42,602 nt of DNA, from IMG/VR virus record IMGVR_UViG_3300045771_000059, positions 1 to 42,602 of that record, one strand, 5' to 3'. Below are positions 1 to 7,900 of the stretch, in pieces (the first letter of the stretch is position 1; every line of letters begins with the position of its first letter). The position numbers were made by a program, and so were the translations under genes. Source of the DNA: a virus. Taxonomy: Duplodnaviria > Caudoviricetes. The notes below the pieces were generated by a model, which was given only the letters and a program-made list of their open reading frames with translations, ran no database searches and had not been told where the DNA came from.

Positions 1-375
1 CTACGGTGCGTCGGGATTGCCGTCATCCTGCTTTGATAGGTCAAATTCGTTGCTGATAGTCATGCCACCTGCCTCGTAGAGCGGCAGATAGGCGTCTGGT
101 CCGAAGCCCAGCCGGTCGTAGATCAAGTATCGAAATGAGCCGCCGGTCAGCGCATGCTCATATATGTGCTTGAACACCCACGCCGTCACCGCCAGTTTGG
201 TTTCGTACGAACATTCATCGATCAGTCGGGGATGCGCCAACGCCATCACGGCTAGTCGCTCCGTGAGGCAGGTGTGTAACTGTTGCACCAAGGCCGGGGT
301 GAGTTCGACGACCCCCTGGCCGCTGCTTGCCGCAGCGAGCAATTGGCGATCACTGATGTGTAGATTGTCTGCCAA
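1..375 (-). CDS. Conserved hypothetical phage protein
   Basis: Part of ORF 1..468. Start moved to TTG at 375 because a promoter (404-431) and AAGGA lie just upstream. C-terminal GGSFRYLIYDRLGFGPDAY looks like real protein. Confidence 0.6.
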   Translation of the reverse strand: MADNLHISDRQLLAAASSGQGVVELTPALVQQLHTCLTERLAVMALAHPRLIDECSYETKLAVTAWVFKHIYEHALTGGSFRYLIYDRLGFGPDAYLPLYEAGGMTISNEFDLSKQDDGNPDAP

Positions 376-403
376 AATATGTCCTTTCTTGACGACCCGT
401 GCG

Positions 404-431
404 ACTATAATCGCTTTGTATGCACTGTCAA
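404..431 (-). promoter_or_regulatory. sigma70-type early promoter
   Basis: TTGACA-N16-TATAGT on the minus strand. Confidence 0.6.
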
Positions 432-499
432 TTTCTAAATAGCTGCTTGCGACCTCGACCTCCGACATAGCAAGAACTTACATTACAAAGGCCAATATC

Positions 500-652
500 A
501 TGACATCAGTGGTAGAAGATTATAGTTTTATCGCCAAACGTCTCCGCGAAATCACCAAATCCGTTCCGGTAACTGACGATGCCGATCACGCCGATGAACC
601 GAGCGACGACGAAGATTTTATGACGCTGTCCTATATGAGCGACGCGATTTGA
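500..652 (+). CDS. Small acidic hypothetical protein (50 aa)
   Basis: Manually translated ATG..TGA ORF MTSVVEDYSFIAKRLREITKSVPVTDDADHADEPSDDEDFMTLSYMSDAI. Fills the gap between neighbours; TAAATA at 436-441. Confidence 0.5.
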   Translation: MTSVVEDYSFIAKRLREITKSVPVTDDADHADEPSDDEDFMTLSYMSDAI

Positions 653-659
653 CGCGCAC

Positions 660-848
660 TCAAAAATGCGGAAATCCGTGAGTTGTACCGAAGGTTCTGT
701 CGAGCCGCTGGAATGGGGCCTCGCCACGATTGATCGCTTGCATGCGACATTCCAGATCATGATGGTTAAGCGCCTGCGACAAGTAAAGATCAGCCGGACT
801 GGCGCTAAAATCGCGGTACCAGTCCTGTAGTCGAGTGTAAAATGACAT
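660..848 (-). CDS. DUF3563-like small protein
   Basis: YLSQALNHHDLECRMQAI resembles the DUF3563 YLxxS-D-x-x-DLE-x-R-M pattern. AGGAG spacing favours the ATG at 848. Confidence 0.6.
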   Translation of the reverse strand: MSFYTRLQDWYRDFSASPADLYLSQALNHHDLECRMQAINRGEAPFQRLDRTFGTTHGFPHF

Positions 849-866
849 GAACATCTCCTGCTGGCC

Positions 867-872
867 TATTTA
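867..872 (-). promoter_or_regulatory. T4-like late promoter core TAAATA
   Basis: TAAATA shortly upstream of the AGGAG/ATG of 660..848. Confidence 0.55.
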
Positions 873-947
873 GCGGAGGTTTATGCTGCACTGCGGTAGC
901 CCGCTATCGCGTTCGGGCTATCATGAAGGGGGTACGTTCGTTTCACC

Positions 948-975
948 TTGACTAAGCGACAGAATCTCGTATGCC
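948..975 (+). promoter_or_regulatory. sigma70-type early promoter
   Basis: TTGACT-N16-TATGCC, followed by GGAG and GTG at 1000. Confidence 0.4.
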
Positions 976-999
976 ATTCGCTGTCAATCGGAGAATGTT

Positions 1000-1371
1000 G
1001 TGAATACGATTTGTAAGGTGGTTGGTCCACTGCTATGCCGAGATGGTCGTAACCACATCGCTCACGTGCTGCTGGTCGGCGCGGACAGCGTGATCATCAC
1101 ACCGGCCGTAATCGACACGAACGAATCAGCGGCCAAACGACAACGCAAGACACTTCTCAGCACCGGCACGATCGACGCCGATCTCGCGGTCTGGATTGCC
1201 CTGGTGCGCTGGGCGGCAGTCTATTGCGGCCAGGAACCACCATCGGCCGCAATGCCCGAGGCACAGGGTTATTTCGAGCCGGAACGCACGGTGCGCTGGT
1301 CGTCACTCCAAGTAGTTCTGCCCAAGCTGGCCGAGGACCTCGCGAAACTCAATATGCCAAACCCCGATTAG
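1000..1371 (+). CDS. Hypothetical protein
   Basis: 123-aa ORF with GGAG RBS and an upstream promoter. Confidence 0.6.
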   Translation: MNTICKVVGPLLCRDGRNHIAHVLLVGADSVIITPAVIDTNESAAKRQRKTLLSTGTIDADLAVWIALVRWAAVYCGQEPPSAAMPEAQGYFEPERTVRWSSLQVVLPKLAEDLAKLNMPNPD

Positions 1372-1396
1372 CGAATATGCCAAACCCCGATTAGCG
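1351..1396. repeat. Perfect 23-bp tandem duplication
   Basis: AATATGCCAAACCCCGATTAGCG twice (1351-1373, 1374-1396). Confidence 0.95.
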
Positions 1397-1538
1397 AAAT
1401 CGGCCCATCGCGCCCGTAATAGGCATTGCCATTCTACCGGGCTGTAACAGGGTCTACGCGGCGATCATGACTTTCACGTGTCGCCCTACCCATAATCAGC
1501 CTGAGCCGCTGTAGCCCCGTCCCCAGGGCAGTCCTGCC

Positions 1539-2795
1539 CTATTCTACCGGCTCGACGTCGGGTTTGGCTGTGACGATGCAGCGTGACAGCACGGTCTGGT
1601 TGATCCCTTCCCATGTTTCCAGCTTTTTTACGGTGCCGGTGAGCAACACCTGATCGTTCAAGTCGATCTTTTGCGTCCGCGATGCATACCAGATGATCAC
1701 GTTGCCCGACGTGTCGCGAAACCGATACACGTGCGTGGTGCCAAAATCGCCTTCCAGTACCGAATGCCCGTAAACGGTCGCAGGGATGTCCCGCAGGCGT
1801 TGTTTGGCCACCCCGAGGTGTTCGCTCCCCTTCATCGACTTCCGCCGCTCCGCCCGCTTGATCTCTTGATCCTGCGCGCGGGCATAAGCGGGAATGATGC
1901 TGGCAGCAAAGCCACAAGAGCGGAATTCGATCGCTGACTGCTCCGCAATCAGCCGGATATTGTATTGGTATTCATCTTTCGCCGGAAGCTGCTTTGCCCA
2001 TTCCAGCGCCGCAGTCGCGATACGGAAATCTGCGTCGGTCAATGGCTTCACCAGACCCTCCTGGCGATCGCGCTTGGTCGGAAACATGTTTGACAGCGCC
2101 ATGCTGCGGGTCGCAGTGCGCTGTTGTATCTCGGCATCCTTACCCGAAATCCACCCCCAGTTGCGGATCATCGCGTTGACATGCGCCATGAAGGTATGAA
2201 GCTGGATGTCCCGCGACCGGCCGCCCCCGCCGTAGCCCTCATCGCCATCAGACTCAGACGGCAGACATTCCGACAGCCAGACCGCCGACTGGGCGATGGC
2301 CTCAACATCGTAGCCGATAAAGTCCCGGATGCACTGCCTGCCGATTTGCTTGTATGTCTTGCCATCATCGCTCAGCAGGACGAACGTGTCATTGCGCTGG
2401 CGCTTTTTGCGACAATGATCGCAATTCGGTTCAACCGACCGAAAACGCTCCGGCAGGGGCGCCGCTCCCGGCAGCACACGGAGCAGATTACCACCTACCA
2501 TGCTGTGATCCAACGTCGCGACGAACGTCCACCCCTTGATCTTCGGGTTCTCGGCTTCGACCGAGTACTGGTGCAGGACCCGGATATAGGCGTTGCCGTC
2601 CTGATCCCGCCACTGGCCCTTCACCTGATAGGGAACATCAAACGTGCCGTGAAACACCGGGGTGATCGGTTTGCCCAGCAGCTTCATTGATTTCTTTGAC
2701 AATTTCGCGATACGCGCCAACCAATCTGGCACCGCATACGGCTCGATCTTGTGGATCGTGGGGCCTGTCGGTTCGGGGTCAGAAACGTCGGTCAT
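1539..2795 (-). CDS. Hypothetical protein with putative Zn-binding motif and C-terminal OB-fold-like domain
   Basis: CDHC...IGRQC motif; beta-rich C-terminus (YRFRDTSGNVIIWY...LTGTVK...QTVLSRC). GAGGA precedes ATG 2795. Confidence 0.7.
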   Translation of the reverse strand: MTDVSDPEPTGPTIHKIEPYAVPDWLARIAKLSKKSMKLLGKPITPVFHGTFDVPYQVKGQWRDQDGNAYIRVLHQYSVEAENPKIKGWTFVATLDHSMVGGNLLRVLPGAAPLPERFRSVEPNCDHCRKKRQRNDTFVLLSDDGKTYKQIGRQCIRDFIGYDVEAIAQSAVWLSECLPSESDGDEGYGGGGRSRDIQLHTFMAHVNAMIRNWGWISGKDAEIQQRTATRSMALSNMFPTKRDRQEGLVKPLTDADFRIATAALEWAKQLPAKDEYQYNIRLIAEQSAIEFRSCGFAASIIPAYARAQDQEIKRAERRKSMKGSEHLGVAKQRLRDIPATVYGHSVLEGDFGTTHVYRFRDTSGNVIIWYASRTQKIDLNDQVLLTGTVKKLETWEGINQTVLSRCIVTAKPDVEPVE

Positions 2796-2820
2796 AGCGG
2801 CATCCTCTTTCGATACCGTC

Positions 2821-2848
2821 ACAATACCACGAACTGACCCTTTGTCAA
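2821..2848 (-). promoter_or_regulatory. sigma70-type early promoter with extended -10
   Basis: TTGACA-N16 (ending TGG)-TATTGT. Confidence 0.65.
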
Positions 2849-2863
2849 CAGATTTCTGTTCGA

Positions 2864-3895
2864 TCAGAATTCCTCGTCAAGCGAGACGTCGCCCCCCACG
2901 CCAGAGGTATAGGAACTCGTCGTGCGTTCAAAAAAGCTCGTCAATTCAATGATGTCCTGCTTCAACATGAAGTCGAACGGGCATTTCGCCTGATAGATCG
3001 GCTCCATCCCCAACCGGACACAATGCCCGTCGGCGACGTAGCGCAAATACTCCAGCATGTCCTTTTGCGACAGACCCATAACGCCGCCGCTCAACACGTC
3101 CTTGGCGAATTGCATCTCACAGGTAATCGCTTCTTCGAGCATGGTCCGCACCTTGACCTCCATGCCATTCCAAAGTTCCGGGGTCTCGCGCCGGATGATA
3201 TCAATCACGGAAAACGCAAACCGCATGTGACCGCTCTCATCGCGGAACACCCAATTGGTGCCCGACGCCAGCCCATGCAGCAATCCGCGATCGCGCAGGT
3301 AGTAGACATAGGCAAACGCCGCGAAAAAGAACATGCCCTCGACGGCGCAGGCAAAGGCCAGCAGATTCATCAAGAAGGCTTGCTTATCGGCAAACGTTTC
3401 CAGACGCGGAATATCGTTCATCTGGTCCATCCACTTAAAACAGAATTGCGCCTTCTGTTTAATCGAGGGAATGGTCTCGATCGCCGCGAACGCATCCATC
3501 TGTTGCTGCGGATCGGGCACGTACTCTTCCAAGAGGGTTTTGTAAAAATGGATGTGCAGGCTTTCCTCGAACGCTTGGCGGGAATAATACACCCGTGCCT
3601 CCGGCGAATTGACATGCCGGTAGAGGGTAAGCACCACATTGTTGGCGACGATCTGATCGCCAGTGGCAAAGAACGCGATCAGATAGGCGATCAGTTGGTG
3701 CTCGGCCGTGGTCAGCTTGTCACGCAAATCAGCTTTGTCAGTGGAAAAAGAGATTTCCTGGACGGTCCAGTTATTCTTCTCATGCGAAACTAGAAACTGA
3801 TCATAGAGTTCGGGGTATCTCATGGGGCGGAGCGAAAGTGAAAATCCCGCATCCAAGATAGAATGTTGATCGTTTGACAAAAGAAAATCCCTCAC
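2864..3895 (-). CDS. nrdB: Class Ia ribonucleotide reductase small (beta) subunit; start may be TTG at 3880
   Basis: FFATGD, EESLHxxxY (radical Tyr), VEGMFF, RDESGH di-iron ligands, C-terminal FFERxxxxY. Confidence 0.96.
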   Translation of the reverse strand: MRDFLLSNDQHSILDAGFSLSLRPMRYPELYDQFLVSHEKNNWTVQEISFSTDKADLRDKLTTAEHQLIAYLIAFFATGDQIVANNVVLTLYRHVNSPEARVYYSRQAFEESLHIHFYKTLLEEYVPDPQQQMDAFAAIETIPSIKQKAQFCFKWMDQMNDIPRLETFADKQAFLMNLLAFACAVEGMFFFAAFAYVYYLRDRGLLHGLASGTNWVFRDESGHMRFAFSVIDIIRRETPELWNGMEVKVRTMLEEAITCEMQFAKDVLSGGVMGLSQKDMLEYLRYVADGHCVRLGMEPIYQAKCPFDFMLKQDIIELTSFFERTTSSYTSGVGGDVSLDEEF

Positions 3896-3917
3896 AAATA
3901 GTGGCTGTGAGGGATTT
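3885..3917 (-). promoter_or_regulatory. 12-bp inverted repeat over the nrdB translation start
   Basis: AAATCCCTCACA-N9-TGTGAGGGATTT. The downstream arm (minus strand) contains GAGGGA and runs into a U-rich stretch. Confidence 0.6.
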
Positions 3918-3955
3918 ATCTAATAGCGCCACAAGTAAAATGCAAATATCGCTAT

Positions 3956-4210
3956 CTAGATTGTGGCGAATTCTTCCAGAGCGATCGGCAAAGCCAACAA
4001 CGCATCAATCCGATTGCCCAGGTGAACTTCGTATCGCACCGGGTCGTGATCGATCATCGCCAGCAGTACCGCACCCAGATTGTCATAGAACACGACCCCG
4101 TACAGTTGAAGCGATTTGCGCCACTTTAATATCCGTGGCAGATCGCGAGACGATAAGCGGCTTTTGATCACGAACGGGAAGCGTGTGTCCACGCTCCCCT
4201 TGACAATCAA
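3956..4210 (-). CDS. Hypothetical protein between nrdA-C and nrdB
   Basis: 3' part of ORF 3956..4513; TTG at 4210 just after the nrdA-C stop. Confidence 0.4.
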   Translation of the reverse strand: MIVKGSVDTRFPFVIKSRLSSRDLPRILKWRKSLQLYGVVFYDNLGAVLLAMIDHDPVRYEVHLGNRIDALLALPIALEEFATI

Positions 4211-4218
4211 CGTTTCGA

Positions 4219-4851
4219 CTACGTGCAGCTTTCGCATAGGGCTGGTGTTTCCTCTGCCATAGAGGTCAGGCTTGGGGCTACCACCGGACGATTGGTCGTC
4301 TGTTCGATCCGGGTGGCGGGCTTGGACCGCAGATAGTACGTGGTCTTCACACCGCTCTCCCAGGCGTGCATGTAAAGCGACGATAAGGCCCCAATGCGCC
4401 GATCCTCCGGGTATTTGTTCAAGTCCACGAACATGTTCAGACTGTGAGACTGATCGATCCAGGCACCCCGCGCAACGGCATGGGCGATGAGCGACTTCAT
4501 CGACATTTCCCACACCGTCTTATACACATCATACAGTTCCGTTGGCAACCCCGGCAGGGTGGCGATGTTGCCCTGTTCAGTCTTCAGATGGCTGACCGTC
4601 TCCGCATTCCAGCGGCCCAACTTCCGCAAATCCTCCACCAGATACTTGTTCATCGAGACGAATTCACCGCTCAAAGTCTCCCGCTTCAGCAAATTGGATT
4701 TGATCGGCTCAATCGTCTCTTCCACGCCGCAGATATGAGAGATAGTGTTGTGGGATACCGTTCCGTTTGCCATCATATAATGGTGCGCATCTTCAACCTC
4801 GATATCCCACGTTGGTTTAAGACCTGTCTTTTCAATCGATACTATTTTCAT
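4219..4851 (-). CDS. nrdA: NrdA C-terminal fragment fused to split-intein C-half
   Basis: After 35 aa of intein: TISH..., IDQSHSLN, KTTYYLR (Tyr-Tyr radical path), terminal CESC. Own AGGAG RBS. Confidence 0.95.
   Translation of the reverse strand: MKIVSIEKTGLKPTWDIEVEDAHHYMMANGTVSHNTISHICGVEETIEPIKSNLLKRETLSGEFVSMNKYLVEDLRKLGRWNAETVSHLKTEQGNIATLPGLPTELYDVYKTVWEMSMKSLIAHAVARGAWIDQSHSLNMFVDLNKYPEDRRIGALSSLYMHAWESGVKTTYYLRSKPATRIEQTTNRPVVAPSLTSMAEETPALCESCT
4747..4851 (-). mobile_element. Split intein C-terminal half (IntC, 35 aa)
   Basis: MKIVSIEKTGLKPTWDIEVEDAHHYMMANGTVSHN/T: blocks F and G, His-Asn end, Thr+1. Confidence 0.95.
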
Positions 4852-4904
4852 TACCTGCTCTCCTATGAATTTCGTTAATACAATGACCGATCCAGAAAAC
4901 GAAC

Positions 4905-7900
4905 CTACATTGCTATGACTTCATCGCCATCTTTCAATTCACCAACTGTGATCCATTCATGGGCACCATCACATTGCACCAGGAGTTGATGGTTTTTCGT
5001 ATATTCGTACGATGTACCGTCTTCATAAGTAACTTTGTAGGTTTCCTGAACCCCGTTGAACCAAATCTTATCGCTGGTTCTAGGGCCATTCATCGTGTCA
5101 ACGCGGATTGGTTCAATAGGTATCCACATCTGTTCGTTGTTATCCTCGACAGCTTGGTGTGGAATTTTATTTTGATCAAGAATGTCATATATTGATAGTA
5201 TGCCTTCGTTCGTTCGAATGGCGTTAGTCCCAATCTGACACGCGGTTGGAGCACCTGCCAATAATAAAGAGTTGCGCAGACCATGCTCCATGATTTCGGC
5301 CCGCAACGCGTCCCACCGGGTCGGCTCTTTCGGCACAACCCCCGCTAAATCGAATTGCAGATGGCCCTGGGCGGCACGGGTGAGATGGAAGTCACGATGC
5401 GGCCCGGCCACTTTGGCAAGGTCACAGGAGGTGCGCAGCGCCTGGAAATAGATTTCCTCCTGAATTTCGCTCGATAACGCGATCGCTTGCTCACTGTCAT
5501 ACGGGATACGCAATTGAAAAAAGAAATCCGCGAGACCCATCAGCCCCAGACCCACTGGGCGCCAGCGTATGTTCGACGCTCGGGCTTCGGGGATCGGGTA
5601 GAAGTTGCGATCGATCACCCGATCGAGATACTTCACCGCAATCGCCACGTTGCGATGCAGTTTATCCTTGTCGAGCTTACCGTTGCGAATGTAGCCGCGC
5701 CCGATATTGATACTGCCCAAATTACAATTATGGGAAATAATTCCTGCGACAACAAAATGGTGAGCGTCCGGGATATACAAATCGTAGACCTGTTCTGAGC
5801 CACCCGGCGTGATCGACAAGATTGTTGCCGTATCATCATCGTGCATCGGGCCTTCAGCGGCCAGAACCATACCCACCTGTAAGCCATCGACGGTCACCCA
5901 GTCGCGCACGTTACCGATACACTCGACCAGCAGTTTATGATCCGCCGTGGCACAAAGCGAATTGCCATTTGAGAGACGTATTTGCCAAACTGGGCGCACG
6001 CCATTATCGATTAACGTCGCCTGGATGAATCGTGGGGCCTCGGTAAACTCGTAATCATTTTCAAACGGTACCATAACGTAGGCGCCATCACATTCCTCGA
6101 TCGGCTTGTAGCCATCATCGGTCAGAATCGGCGATCCCGCAGCCAAGCAAACGGCGACTTCGGCACCCTGCAACACCTCGAAGCGATCAGTTTGCGTGTC
6201 AAAGCCGAGGATATTGATGCTTTTATCGATCATGTCTTCTGATGTGAGGTCAAAAACTTGTTCACGTGTCATCATCTGCTGTTCGCCCGATGAAGTGACC
6301 TCCAGAATCTCCGTGCAATTGCCAGTTAATATGCCATTGAAAACAGCCATATGACGTTTCGGTTCATCAACACAGTAGGTATCTCCGTGACGTCCTATAT
6401 CAATTATCTCGCTGACATGTGTGAATCCCTCACTACCCCGACTTGCCATGGCAGCGATATCCTTGTCATCAATTACCGGCATCACAAACTTCATCAGTTT
6501 GGCGCCTTCCCACAATTCACAGGCGCGCGTTTCGACGACGCAAGTATCAGCCATTTCGATATAAAACTTGTGATACAAAGTACAGTCAATTGATAGACCA
6601 TTGTCGAATATGATTGTTATTAACTTTTGGTCATGTCCAGTCTTCCGGACAATCGTTTCAGACCACTCGCGGCCGTTCCACACTTCGACTGCTGTATCCG
6701 CAAGGTCAATGATCGGCGTATAGCCAGATCGGGTGAGAATTAGGGTTTCGGGAGCTACACACAGATTCGACAAATGCACCATCGTGCCTGCTTCATCATT
6801 TACTTGATTCGCACGTCGATTGCACGTGTCCTTAAAGCACATCCAGCCGTTTCCGTTCTCCGCCAAGGTGCGCATCATGCGGGCATATAATTTGCGGGCT
6901 GGAAGCTGTTCGGTGTATTTGCCCTCGGCCTCTAGTTCGACGTAGCGATGCTCATAGGCATCGCCATAGAGATCATTCAATTCCGGCGCGACGACCGGAT
7001 CAAACAGCGACCAAATAGCATCGTCCTTGACCCGCTGCATGAACAGATCAGATACCCAATTCGCAAGATTCAAGTTGTAGGCTCGGTTTTCCTTGGCCCC
7101 CGTATTGTCGCGCATCTCAAGAAACTGCATGATGTCGGGATGGTGCGTTTCCAGATAGACACAGGCAGCACCCTTCCGACGGCCTCCCTGATTGGTCGCA
7201 GCGACCGATCCCGACAGGGTATGGGTCCATGGTACCATGCCGTCAGAATAACCATTAGTGCCTTTGATCAGCGATCCTTTCCCCCGGATGCGCGACATAC
7301 TGACGCCGATGCCACCGGCAAATTTGCTCAGCATGGCGATATCGCCATAACGCTTGTAGATGTCATCAAGGCTATCGAGCGGAGAATCGCAAAGATAGCA
7401 CGAACTCATCTGGCTATGTGTGGTCCCCGAATTAAACAGCGTCGGCGTCGAGCACAGGTATTCGAGAGACGACAGCAGAGTGTACAGTTCCACCGCCTCA
7501 GCCGCATCGACCGCCAAACCGCAAGCCACGCGCATCAGGAAATACTGCGGCGTTTCGATCACCGCACGCTGCTTCTTGCCCGTGGTTTTGTCGGCGTTCA
7601 GCAGAGTCGGATGTTTCAGCAGATACCGATCATAGACGGTTTGCAGACCGTGATACTCCAAGAACCAATCGCGTTCATGTTTGACGGCGGCATTGAGCTT
7701 ACGCTTGTTGGTCATCACGAGATCATAGGTGGTTTTCGCGATCAGGCCCTGCTGTGCCCCAGTCTCGATCGACTGTGAAAACGACTGGATGTCCTGACCG
7801 GCGACTTCCTTTTGGATGATATTAGCCAGGATACGAGCCGCTACCTTGGCATAGACCGGATCATCAATGATCAGGTCTTTCGCCGTCCGCACAGACAGCA

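Noticed and set aside
376-468. N-terminal 31 codons of ORF 1..468
   Set aside because: They overlap a consensus promoter and RBS pointing to TTG 375.
506-760. 84-aa minus-strand ORF
   Set aside because: Overlaps the better-supported 660..848 gene and the 500..652 plus-strand ORF; no RBS seen.
1351-1396. CRISPR mini-array
   Set aside because: Repeats are directly adjacent with no spacer, and no cas operon is present.
4852-4904. nrdA break as pseudogene, frameshift or group I intron
   Set aside because: The break falls at the canonical intein split point, the downstream ORF has its own RBS and ATG, and 53 bp is too short for a self-splicing intron.
4905-6761. Homing endonuclease domains in the inteins
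   Set aside because: Lengths of 141-148 aa (146 for IntN+IntC) and absence of LAGLIDADG or HNH motifs indicate mini-inteins.
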